Source: Bacilli bacterium (GTDB taxonomy: Bacteria; Bacillota_I; Bacilli_A; ML615J-28; CAG-698). Taken from it: 64,000 nt of DNA. Below are positions 18,403 through 27,134 of the stretch, one piece after another (the first letter of the stretch is position 1; every line of letters starts with the position of its first letter). The stretch spans positions 9,866 through 73,865 of the forward strand of contig JBMNLX010000002.1 in the NCBI GenBank assembly GCA_050953085.1. The letters are read 5' to 3'. The translations under genes were made by a program, and so were the position numbers. The notes below the pieces were generated by a model. It was not told the DNA's origin. It worked only from the letters and a program-made list of their open reading frames with translations, and ran no database searches.

Positions 18403-18717
18403 CTATCTAAGATAATCGATTGCGAGATAATCACCATAATCGCAACTGATTGAGTATAGCGAGTCGACGAGATTATCGAGCACCATATCGGTTATCTCGT
18501 TCGTCTCGATAATTTTCAGCGACATCAGCGCTTTCTTTTCATCGCTTTTAAAACTGTAGCGGGGGCAAACCTTCTCGACCAACCCCAGGCTGACGAACAT
18601 CGCGGTGGAAACCGCGCTGCAGACGATATCTTTTCCGATTTCTTCGTATCCGGAATGTCCGGAAATAGTCACTTCTTTAATGCGGTCCTGATTATACCGG
18701 ACTTTCACTAATATCAT
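18403..18717 (-). CDS. prp: ribosomal-processing cysteine protease Prp
   Basis: GHSGY...DIVCSAVS motif. Located between rplU and rpmA. Confidence 0.85.
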   Translation of the reverse strand: MILVKVRYNQDRIKEVTISGHSGYEEIGKDIVCSAVSTAMFVSLGLVEKVCPRYSFKSDEKKALMSLKIIETNEITDMVLDNLVDSLYSISCDYGDYLAIDYLR

Positions 18718-18719
18718 AC

Positions 18720-19019
18720 TTATCCTTCGATTTTCGTTATTTTTATCTTCGTGTAAGGCTGACGATGCCCTTGCTTTTTCCGGTAATTCTTCTTCGGCTT
18801 GTATTTGAAAACGATGATTTTTTTGTTTTTGCCTTGTTTCTCAACGACTCCGACAACTTTCGCGCCCTTGACATAGGGAGCTCCGATTTTTTTTCCGAGC
18901 ATTAAGACATTTTCAAAGACAACTTCGTCGCCTTCGGCGGCCGCGAGTTTCTCGACGAAAATTACGTCATTCTCGGCGACGCGGTATTGCTTACCGCCGG
19001 TTTCAAAAACAGCATACAC
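18720..19019 (-). CDS. rplU: 50S ribosomal protein L21
   Basis: (V/M)[14 protein letters not shown]-terminus. GTG 19019 lies 10 nt after GAGGAGG. Confidence 0.9.
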   Translation of the reverse strand: MYAVFETGGKQYRVAENDVIFVEKLAAAEGDEVVFENVLMLGKKIGAPYVKGAKVVGVVEKQGKNKKIIVFKYKPKKNYRKKQGHRQPYTKIKITKIEG

Positions 19020-19146
19020 TTGTAAAGCACCTCCTCGTAAAGTAAGACTCGCCATACGGGCGGACATTAGTCGCTTAAGGCCCGGTCTGAGCGGTTGCGC
19101 TTGTTCACAACATACATATTATACACTTTTTAAGCGTGAAAGTCAA
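19020..19146 (-). promoter_or_regulatory. rplU promoter (TTGACT-17-TATAAT) and ~90-nt leader (possible L21 leader)
   Basis: Minus strand -35 at 19146-19141 and -10 at 19123-19118. The leader is GC-rich and structured. Assignment to the L21-leader family is by position only. Confidence 0.45.
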
Positions 19147-19173
19147 AGATTATTTTTGTTATTTTTCACGGGA
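19147..19173. repeat. 27-bp target-site duplication, left copy
   Basis: AGATTATTTTTGTTATTTTTCACGGGA, identical to 20796-20822. Confidence 0.9.
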
Positions 19174-20795
19174 TGTGAATATATTATGATAATTTCATAT
19201 AGAGTTATATAATGATAATTTCACTAAATACAAAGGTTAATTGTATTAGCGTAGGCAACCCTTAATTTTGTAATTTAAGCCCTTCTTTGATATCATATGG
19301 ATTAATATGGATATGTATCAACGGAGGGAAGACACATGAGAAAGGTCGAACTAAGAATGAACGAGCAAATGAAGTATGAAATTATCAGAAGAGTAGCTTT
19401 TAAAGAAATCAGCGTCCACAGAGCAGCGGTCCAGCTTAACTGTACCGTAAGAACCGTCTATAACCTCGTCAAAAAGTATCGGGAACATGGTAAGGCCGGC
19501 TTTATCCACGGTAACAGGAACCGAAAACCGGCCGCTACCATGAGCCCAAAACTTGAACAAACCATTGTTTCGTTTTATATGCAAAAATGCGAAGGTGCCA
19601 ATTTTCTACACTTCCAGGAGTTGCTGGAAGAGATAAAAGGCATTAAAGTCTCTTATTTCAAACTCTACGCGCTTCTGCGTAAGCATGGGATCATATCTCC
19701 CAAGTGTCATAGGATTACCCGTAAAAAACACCGGCAACGGCTAAAGCAAAAGGTAGAAAACAAAGAAAAACTTACGCCTGCCGAACAGCATTATATTGCC
19801 GAAACCAATCTTCAGGATCCCGAGAAAAGCCATCCCCGGAAACCCAGGGCAAAATATTTCGGCGAACTCTTGCTCATGGACGCATCAGAACACCAATGGT
19901 TCGGTAAATCCCATGCTCATCTGCACTTGGTAATGGATGATTCGTCAGGTTCGATTTTAGGCGCTTATTTTGTCACGCAAGAGACTTTAAAGGGTTATTA
20001 CAACATATTTCACCAGGTATTGACCAAATACGGCATACCGGCGAAAATTTTGGCCGATAACAGGTCAATCTTCAATTACAAGCTTAAGAACAGCCATTCT
20101 AAAGAAAAAGACACGCATACGCAATTCGGATATGCCTGCCATCGGCTCGGGGTCGATCTTGACACGACTTCCGTCGCCCAAGCAAAGGGCAGAATCGAAA
20201 GAATGTTCGGTACCCTCCAAAGCCGGTTGGTTACGGAACTTAGGATGGCAGGCATATTCGATATCGATGCGGCTAATGAGTTCTTGAAGGATTTTGTCCC
20301 AAAATTCAACGAGCGTTTCGCGCTCCCCATCGATTATCTCACATCGGTTTTTGACGAGAACATCGATCAAGAAACCATCAATAACACATTAGCCGTCATC
20401 AGCGCAAGAAAAGTCGATAACGGTAATACGATTAAGTACAAAAATAAGTATTATCACCTGTATGACTTTGATGGCAACATGATGCCATTCAAACCCAAAA
20501 CGGTATGTATCGTTATGGAAACTTACGACGGATCTCTCATCGCCTCGGTTAACGATGATCTTTACGGGTTGGTAGAGCTTGAGGTCCATCACGAATTTTC
20601 CAAGAACTTTGACACGAAAAAACCGGAAAAGAAACGCTATACCGGCCATAAGCCCAAGGATTGTCATCCCTGGACCTATAAAAGCTATCTGGCCAGAAAA
20701 AGAAGGCGTTACAAGTCCAGGGCGGAAACCCTTGCTTAACAAGTACTGGACAAATAATCAGGTATTTTTTGTGAAATTTTCATTATATATTGACA
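19174..20795 (+). mobile_element. intact insertion sequence, IS1202-group (ISNCY)-like, 1622 bp
   Basis: 24-bp terminal inverted repeats starting TGT (19174-19197 against the reverse complement of 20772-20795, 21/24 identical). Single DDE transposase ORF. Flanked by a perfect 27-bp direct repeat. Confidence 0.85.
19336..20739 (+). CDS. DDE (rve-type) transposase with N-terminal HTH
   Basis: HTH region (VRTVYNLVKKYREHG). Candidate D/D/E residues lie in LLLMDASEH, ILADNRS and KGRIERMF. GGAGGGAAG RBS. Confidence 0.85.
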   Translation: MRKVELRMNEQMKYEIIRRVAFKEISVHRAAVQLNCTVRTVYNLVKKYREHGKAGFIHGNRNRKPAATMSPKLEQTIVSFYMQKCEGANFLHFQELLEEIKGIKVSYFKLYALLRKHGIISPKCHRITRKKHRQRLKQKVENKEKLTPAEQHYIAETNLQDPEKSHPRKPRAKYFGELLLMDASEHQWFGKSHAHLHLVMDDSSGSILGAYFVTQETLKGYYNIFHQVLTKYGIPAKILADNRSIFNYKLKNSHSKEKDTHTQFGYACHRLGVDLDTTSVAQAKGRIERMFGTLQSRLVTELRMAGIFDIDAANEFLKDFVPKFNERFALPIDYLTSVFDENIDQETINNTLAVISARKVDNGNTIKYKNKYYHLYDFDGNMMPFKPKTVCIVMETYDGSLIASVNDDLYGLVELEVHHEFSKNFDTKKPEKKRYTGHKPKDCHPWTYKSYLARKRRRYKSRAETLA

Positions 20796-20822
20796 AGATT
20801 ATTTTTGTTATTTTTCACGGGA
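20796..20822. repeat. 27-bp target-site duplication, right copy
   Basis: Identical to 19147-19173. Confidence 0.9.
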
Positions 20823-20960
20823 ATATTCCCGCTATTTTTAAATGTTTTTCTTCGCTTCGGGCAAAAACCGCCCGCCGCTTTGTTAATATTATACCACGAA
20901 TCACCCGCGCGCAAGCGGCTTACGCTCTTTAACGGCGACTTCCGCGGTTTCTTCGCGCCG

Positions 20961-21500
20961 CTAATTCTCTTTTCCTTTAAGCAAATCGCGAATTTCCTTA
21001 AGCAAATCGATCTCGGTCGGGTTCTTCTCTTTTTCCTCCCGGGCGCGGGCGGCCGCTTCCTCGGCTTTCTTTTGCCTGTAGGAAACAACGTCCTCCTCTT
21101 TTTTCGGATCCATTCCCAACTCGAGCATTTCTTTCTTTTCCGGCGCCGTCGGACGTTTCTCGTTTATTTTTTTGAATCCTTCCTTTAACCGAAGCATGGC
21201 CTTAACGGCGATGAAAACGGAAAAAGCGATAATCAAAAAATCAATCACCGATTGTAAAAAACGTCCGTAATAAAGCGCGGCCTCGGCGGCGCCCGTCGCC
21301 GGGTCGGCCGGGGTAATCACCAATTTCCAATCGGCGACGTTAATCCCGCCGACGGCGAGGCCGATTACCGGCATAATAATATTTTGCACGAGGCTCGAGA
21401 CAATCGCGTTAAAGGCGTTGCCGATGACGACGGCGACGGCCAAGTCCAGGATGTTTCCCTTGCTGATAAAGTTTTTAAACTCAACAAAAAATTTTTTCAT
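20961..21500 (-). CDS. mscL: large-conductance mechanosensitive channel MscL with extended charged C-terminus
   Basis: [23 protein letters not shown]...IIMPVIG signature. Confidence 0.9.
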   Translation of the reverse strand: MKKFFVEFKNFISKGNILDLAVAVVIGNAFNAIVSSLVQNIIMPVIGLAVGGINVADWKLVITPADPATGAAEAALYYGRFLQSVIDFLIIAFSVFIAVKAMLRLKEGFKKINEKRPTAPEKKEMLELGMDPKKEEDVVSYRQKKAEEAAARAREEKEKNPTEIDLLKEIRDLLKGKEN

Positions 21501-21518
21501 GACAGCGCGAGCCGGCCC

Positions 21519-22640
21519 TTATTCCAAATCAAGTTTATAACAGCGGCGGCGGCGGTGCTGCCGGACGTCGAATTCTTTCCATAAAGCCTGGACGTTTTGA
21601 TTGGTCTCAAGCTCGGGACCGGTTTCGGCGTGCGAGACCCCGTGTTTAATCGACGATTTAATCCCCTCGCAAAGCATCAAGACGTTGACGCCGAGATTCT
21701 GATATTCCGGCTTGACGGCGATCATATACATGTCAAGCACTTTCGGCTTTCTTAAGGCGCGCAGGGCGCGAATAAATCCGAACGGGAAAAGGCGGCCGTT
21801 GGATTTTTTTGTCGCGGCGTTAAGCGAGGGCACCATCAGGCCCAAACCGATAAGCTCGCCTTCCTTATTAGCCACAAGATATAAAAACTCCATATTGACC
21901 ATCGTCACGAATTGTTTCATCGCTTTTTGGATTTGTCCCTCGTTTAGGGGAACGGTGCCGTAAAGCGGCGAGAAAGCCTCGTTGATGAGGTCAAAGCCGG
22001 CCTTGATATAAGGTTTCATTTCTTTCCGCTTCCTTAACCTAATCAACTGATAACCGTACCTTTTGGTGATGACGTTCGCCATCCGGTTGATCCGCTCGCT
22101 GATGTTTTCCGGGCAGAAAATTTGGAACTCAAGCCAGTCGACGTCCTTGACGAAACCGAGTTTCTCCAGGTGCTCCATATAGTACGGGTGATTATAAAGG
22201 GTGATCGTGTTGCTTTCTTCCTCGAAGCCCTCGACCAAAAGTCCTTGCTTGTCGATGTCGCTAAAGCCGATCGGCCCGATTATCCGGTTCAGGCCGCGTT
22301 CTTTCGCCCAGGCGATTACCGGCTCGAAAAGTTTTTTCGTTACCTCGAAATCGTCGATAACGTCAAAGCGGCAGAAACGCATCTGCCGGGCGTTAATTTT
22401 TTTATTGTACGCGTGATTTATTAGCGCGCATATCCGGCCGACGATTTTGTTGTCGCGGTACGCGAGAAAAAACCTCGTTTCACAATATTCATAAGCCGCG
22501 TTGGTCTTCGGGTCGAGCATTTCCAGCTCGTCCTTAAAGAAGGACGGGATATAGTATTTGTTGTCGCGATATAACTTATTAGGAAAATCAACAAACTTTT
22601 TCTTGTCTTTTTTGCTGGTAATTTCTTTGATGACGATCAT
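21519..22640 (-). CDS. GNAT-like N-acetyltransferase family protein (uncharacterised ~370-aa type)
   Basis: The N-terminal pattern (KKFVDFPNKLYRDNKYYIP...FFLAYRDNKIVGRI) recalls an uncharacterised acetyltransferase-like family. From memory only. Confidence 0.45.
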   Translation of the reverse strand: MIVIKEITSKKDKKKFVDFPNKLYRDNKYYIPSFFKDELEMLDPKTNAAYEYCETRFFLAYRDNKIVGRICALINHAYNKKINARQMRFCRFDVIDDFEVTKKLFEPVIAWAKERGLNRIIGPIGFSDIDKQGLLVEGFEEESNTITLYNHPYYMEHLEKLGFVKDVDWLEFQIFCPENISERINRMANVITKRYGYQLIRLRKRKEMKPYIKAGFDLINEAFSPLYGTVPLNEGQIQKAMKQFVTMVNMEFLYLVANKEGELIGLGLMVPSLNAATKKSNGRLFPFGFIRALRALRKPKVLDMYMIAVKPEYQNLGVNVLMLCEGIKSSIKHGVSHAETGPELETNQNVQALWKEFDVRQHRRRRCYKLDLE

Positions 22641-22666
22641 GGTCTTCCTCCTTATATGGTATTATA

Positions 22667-23242
22667 CTATTTTTTTTCCTTTTCGTAAACTGTTTTTATT
22701 TTTGGGCGCGAATCTCGCGCCGAATTTTGCTCTTTACGGTCGTTTTCGGGCGGAAAAAAAAGGTCGCGAAGGCCAAAGTAAACGCTCGGAACAAGGCCGG
22801 AAAGTAGGGCGGCGCTCCAAACGTCCCCAGTTTCCCGAGGCTCGCGGCGGGAAGGAATCGACTCGGAAAGCCTTTCTTGAAAAAAAAGCAACAGGTAAAC
22901 GATCAAGGAATCGCGGAGATAATCGGATAAAAGCCGGGTACCGAAAGGCTCTTCCCCGGGCGGGGCGAGGGTCCGGGCGACGCCGTAATAGACGCCCGCG
23001 GAAAGGAGCGTGAGCGCAAGAAGCGAAACCCGCCCGGAAAACACCGCTCCCGTAAATCCAGACGCGATTCCCGCCAAATATTCCTCGTAACCGGAGGCGC
23101 GTCCGAGGATATCGGCCTTTCCCCGGGCGACATTGCTAATAATATCGGAAAAATACTGGCCGACGAAGCCGGAAGTCGCGCCGGCGGCGAGCGCCCGCGC
23201 GCGGTTGTTTTTTTCCATTCCTCCCCCTCTTCCCGCGAGCAA
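22667..23242 (-). CDS. hypothetical membrane protein
   Basis: Open frame with hydrophobic segments. The likely real start is ATG 23218, after GAGGGGGAGG. Confidence 0.4.
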   Translation of the reverse strand: MLAGRGGGMEKNNRARALAAGATSGFVGQYFSDIISNVARGKADILGRASGYEEYLAGIASGFTGAVFSGRVSLLALTLLSAGVYYGVARTLAPPGEEPFGTRLLSDYLRDSLIVYLLLFFQERLSESIPSRREPRETGDVWSAALLSGLVPSVYFGLRDLFFPPENDRKEQNSARDSRPKIKTVYEKEKK

Positions 23243-23341
23243 GTAATTTTTACCTGCCTATTTTTCTTTTACATTCTCCGCCCGATATGTTATAATATTT
23301 TTAATTATAGTAGAAAGTGCTATTTTTTGGTGAAATTTAAA

Positions 23342-25285
23342 ATGAAAAGAAAGAAAACCGCCCGTTTTTTTCTCTTTATCGCGCTTATCGCAATAATCGC
23401 CTTGGCCTGCGCGCTATTGGTTTGGGACCTAAGGCCCGCGATCGCGGCGGCGATCAAGGCGAGGGATTGGCAGCCACTGACCGATAAATTCGCAAGTTAC
23501 GGATTTTGGACATTTTTCTTCATCGGTCTCGCCAACGCGATTCAAGTCGCGCTCGCGGTTCTTCCCGGGCAACCGCTCCACATTATCGCCGGGATAACTC
23601 TCGGTCCGATTCTCGGAACGCTCGCGTGCCTCGCAGGCGTGTTTCTCGCGAACATCATAATTCTTATGATCGTAAGAAAGACGAAAACCGCGCCGCTATT
23701 GGTTTACAGGGAAAAAGACGAGGCCAAACTGGAAAAGGTCGCGACGGCGTCGTCCGATAAGGCCCGGGTTATTATACTACTCGCTCTTTATTTGATTCCG
23801 ATCATGCCGTTCGGGCTGATCGCCTTCGCGGCGGCGAAATCAAAACTTAAATTCGGTCCCTATATCGCGACGACGACGGTGGGAGCCGCGCCGGCGATTC
23901 TTCTTTCGACCTGGTTCGGCTCGCTCATCATCGATTCGAATTATGTTCTCGTCTCCATAGTTTTATTCATCGTTATTATTTTGGTTATTTTGGGTCTTAA
24001 ATATTACCCGAAAATTATTAATTACCTGGAGACAAAACTCGCAAAAGACATGCGTTACTTCCAAAACAACGTCAGGCCGCCGCGCAGGTGGCTCTACCGC
24101 CTTGTCTATCTCGTCGTGAGATTATATTATTTCCCGAAGTTTCGCGTGCGAACCAACAGCAAGGATTTCAAAAAATACCCCGCGCCCTATGTCTTGATAT
24201 ATAATCATCCTTCCTTCTTTGACTGGGCGTTCGCTTTCGCTCCGCTTTACCCGCGGCGCGTGAACGCGATCATGAATTACTACTACTTTTGTAATTACCG
24301 TCTCGGCACGCTTTTAAATAAAATCGGCGCCTTCCCGAAATATCTCTTCCAGCCCGATATCGGCGCCGTCAAGAATATCAAGCGCGTGATTAAAAACGGC
24401 GGAATCGTCGGCATCGCTCCCGAGGGAAGACTTTCACCGCACGGGCGGATGGAGTCGATCACGGCGGCGACCGCCAAACTATTGAAAAACCTCGGCGTCC
24501 CCGTCATCCTCGCGAAAATCAACGGAGCCTACTTCAGCTACCCGAAATGGGCGAAGACTTACCGGCGCGGCCGCGTCGACGTTAATTACCGCGAGCTTTT
24601 CGACGCCGAGAGGATAAAAAATCTTCAGGTCGAAGAAATCGAGGAAATTCTCCAAAGAGAGCTCGCCTACGACGACTATAAATGGCAGGAGGAGACGGGC
24701 GTCGTCTTCAAGGGCAAGCGGTTCGCGGAAGGTCTTGAGGACCTCCTCTATATCTGCCCCGCCTGCAAGCGCGAGTTCACTTTAACCGCGAAGGACGATG
24801 CGCTCGAATGCTCCCGTTGCGGTCTGCGCGTCAGGCTCGGCGGCGATTACCGGTTCACATCCGACGCCAAAGCTCCCGAAAATATCGCCGAATGGTTCGA
24901 ATGGCAAAAGGAGCGCGAGCGCGAACGGATTGAGGCCGGCGACTACCGGCTGGAAGCGAAAGTAACCCTGAAACTCCCCGACCCGGAAGGAAAGGGGATG
25001 AAGGTCGCGGGGTCGGGAACGACCGTTTTGGACCGCGAAGGCTTAACCTATCGCGGGACGGTATACGGCGAGACGAAAGAAATCGTTTTTAAAATTCAAA
25101 ACTTGCCGGCAATCCCCTTCGGGGCTCGCGTTGATTTCGAGGTCTGCCACCATAACACTCTGTATTATTTTATTCCCGAGGATATCCGGGCGTGCGTTAA
25201 GTGGTCGGTTGTCGGCGAACAGTTTTATTACCAATATTTAAAGGAGAACGGGAATGAACAAAGACCAAATAATCAGGATCAATAA
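23342..25285 (+). CDS. fusion protein: TVP38/TMEM64 (DedA-related) membrane domain + PlsC-type acyltransferase + C-terminal Cys4 ribbon domain
   Basis: VLPGQPLHIIAGITLG (TVP38-type). NHPSFFD (HX4D) and APEGR acyltransferase blocks. CPACK...CSRCG. Confidence 0.75.
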   Translation: MKRKKTARFFLFIALIAIIALACALLVWDLRPAIAAAIKARDWQPLTDKFASYGFWTFFFIGLANAIQVALAVLPGQPLHIIAGITLGPILGTLACLAGVFLANIIILMIVRKTKTAPLLVYREKDEAKLEKVATASSDKARVIILLALYLIPIMPFGLIAFAAAKSKLKFGPYIATTTVGAAPAILLSTWFGSLIIDSNYVLVSIVLFIVIILVILGLKYYPKIINYLETKLAKDMRYFQNNVRPPRRWLYRLVYLVVRLYYFPKFRVRTNSKDFKKYPAPYVLIYNHPSFFDWAFAFAPLYPRRVNAIMNYYYFCNYRLGTLLNKIGAFPKYLFQPDIGAVKNIKRVIKNGGIVGIAPEGRLSPHGRMESITAATAKLLKNLGVPVILAKINGAYFSYPKWAKTYRRGRVDVNYRELFDAERIKNLQVEEIEEILQRELAYDDYKWQEETGVVFKGKRFAEGLEDLLYICPACKREFTLTAKDDALECSRCGLRVRLGGDYRFTSDAKAPENIAEWFEWQKERERERIEAGDYRLEAKVTLKLPDPEGKGMKVAGSGTTVLDREGLTYRGTVYGETKEIVFKIQNLPAIPFGARVDFEVCHHNTLYYFIPEDIRACVKWSVVGEQFYYQYLKENGNEQRPNNQDQ

Positions 25286-26669
25286 ACGGTCGTTTTTTAC
25301 TGTCTGCGCAGTTTTGCTTGCTTTGATATTGTTTGCTTACTTGCTTGCCTTCCTGCTCCCGAAAGGATATTACCCGGTCGACGCCGACGGTAACGTCTTT
25401 AGCGACCAGTACACTCCTCTCCCGGGAAAAGGGTACTCGTTTTTAAACCTTTTGACCGCCCCCTTCCGGCTCTTCGCGACCGAGGACGGCCTCACGGTCA
25501 TCGTGATCGCGGTGTTCCTTATCGCCGTTTCAGGAGCCTTTAACGTAATGGATAAAACCAAGGGCATCGGCTCGATCATCGGCTACTTGATCGAAAAATA
25601 CCGGGACAAGAAATATCTCCTGATGTATCTTATTATCTTGTTTTTCATGCTTTTCGGGGCCTTGTTCGGGATTTTCGAGGAGTCGGTAACGCTCCTGCCG
25701 ATCATCATCATGCTCGCTCTTTCCCTCGGGTGGGACACCTTCACCGGACTCGGGATGTGTCTCATGGCCGCGGGATTCGGCTTTTCCACCGCCCTGACCA
25801 ATCCCTTTTCCGTCGGGCTCGCCTCAGAGAAAATGGGCGTGAATTTGTTCGCGGGGTTCGGCTACCGGGTCGTTATATTCGCATCGATGTATTTGCTTTT
25901 ATGCCTTTATCTTCGCCGGCACGTTAAAAAAATCGAGGCGGATCCCGAGTCTTCCCTGACATATAAGGAAGATCAAGAAAAAAAATCGAAGTTCGGCGAG
26001 ATATCCTTTAATACGATTGACCGCCGCGTCCTTCGCGTCTATGCCGGCTTCTTTACCGCGATTGTCCTGATTATCATCGGAGCCGCTTTGATCCCGGCCT
26101 TAAGCGGCTATTCGATTCCGATTCTGGCCGCCGCCTTCTTAATCGGCGCTTTCGTCTGCGGCCTCCTGGTCGGTCGCCGCGCGGGCGAGATCGGGAAAAT
26201 CTTTCTTTCCGGGGTCTTGGGGGTGCTCCCCGCGGTCGTGATGATCGTTCTCGCGGGGACGATAAAATTCGTCCTCGAGGACGCGCGAATCCTCGCGACG
26301 ATTATCGAGAAAATATCGGCGCTTTTCACCGGGACATCTCCCGTCGTCGGCATACTCTTTATCTATTTCGTGATCTTGGTCGTCGAGTTTTTTATCGGCT
26401 CGGCCTCGGCGAAAGTCGTTCTTATTATCCCGATTATCAAGGTGCTCGTCGCAAAACTGGCGATCTCGCCGAAAATCGCGATCCTTGCTTTCATATTCGG
26501 CGACGGATACAACGATCTTATCTACCCGACGAACCCCGTGCTCCTGATCGCGCTCGGCATCGCCGGCTTCAGTTACGCGAAATGGGCGAAAAAGACAATC
26601 GGGCTTCAATTGCTTGTTCTCATAATTACCGCCCTCTTTCTCGTCATCGGGTACTACATCGGATACTGA
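25254..26669 (+). CDS. YfcC/DcuC-like multi-pass membrane transporter
   Basis: About 470 aa with more than 10 TM segments and a YfcC-like N-terminus. AAAGGAGAA RBS. Confidence 0.5.
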   Translation: MNKDQIIRINKRSFFTVCAVLLALILFAYLLAFLLPKGYYPVDADGNVFSDQYTPLPGKGYSFLNLLTAPFRLFATEDGLTVIVIAVFLIAVSGAFNVMDKTKGIGSIIGYLIEKYRDKKYLLMYLIILFFMLFGALFGIFEESVTLLPIIIMLALSLGWDTFTGLGMCLMAAGFGFSTALTNPFSVGLASEKMGVNLFAGFGYRVVIFASMYLLLCLYLRRHVKKIEADPESSLTYKEDQEKKSKFGEISFNTIDRRVLRVYAGFFTAIVLIIIGAALIPALSGYSIPILAAAFLIGAFVCGLLVGRRAGEIGKIFLSGVLGVLPAVVMIVLAGTIKFVLEDARILATIIEKISALFTGTSPVVGILFIYFVILVVEFFIGSASAKVVLIIPIIKVLVAKLAISPKIAILAFIFGDGYNDLIYPTNPVLLIALGIAGFSYAKWAKKTIGLQLLVLIITALFLVIGYYIGY

Positions 26670-26734
26670 AAGGGTTTTCTATAACTCTTTTTCTCTTTAT
26701 TATCTAAATGTAAGCGTTTTCCTTATTAAAAGGC

Positions 26735-26763
26735 TTGATTTTTAGAGCGAGACAATATATAAT
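26735..26763 (+). promoter_or_regulatory. sigma-A type promoter with no downstream gene
   Basis: TTGATT (26735-26740), 17 nt, TATAAT (26758-26763). Confidence 0.5.
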
Positions 26764-27090
26764 CTTTACAACTTAACCGCGACAACGGTTAAGCCGCAAT
26801 GCATCAATATCTCTCATCTACTTTAAACCGTTTATCGCGCGGCGGCCCGCGAGTTTGCGCCGGGTCCCGGTCGGGAAAACCTCTTATTAAATGCGACTTC
26901 CGCTGGTTTCCGTGAACCTCTTTCAAGTTTGCATTTGTCTTATTCTTCCTATTATCAATGTTTACGACCTCTATCGATAACGCTCCTTTTTCTTGCGAAC
27001 CGCGCGTCACGAAGCGCTGCAACTTCCTGATCGCGGCCGGCCTGATCGCTCCCGGCGGTCCAACTCGCCGCCGCAAGCGCGATAAAAATG

Positions 27091-27134
27091 AAAAACAAGC
27101 GCGCCGTTTTCCGGCGAAACGCTTGTTTTTTTTT
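27091..27134. terminator. two-tier bidirectional intrinsic terminator
   Basis: ACAAGCG-CGCCG-ttttc-CGGCG-aaa-CGCTTGT, flanked by an A run and a T run. It abuts the ABC gene stop at 27133. Confidence 0.8.

Noticed and set aside
26804-27076. 90-codon minus-strand ORF in the convergent spacer
   Set aside because: It has a TTG start, no SD, Arg/Lys-rich low-complexity translation, and overlaps GC-rich helices. It reads like a shadow frame, not a gene.
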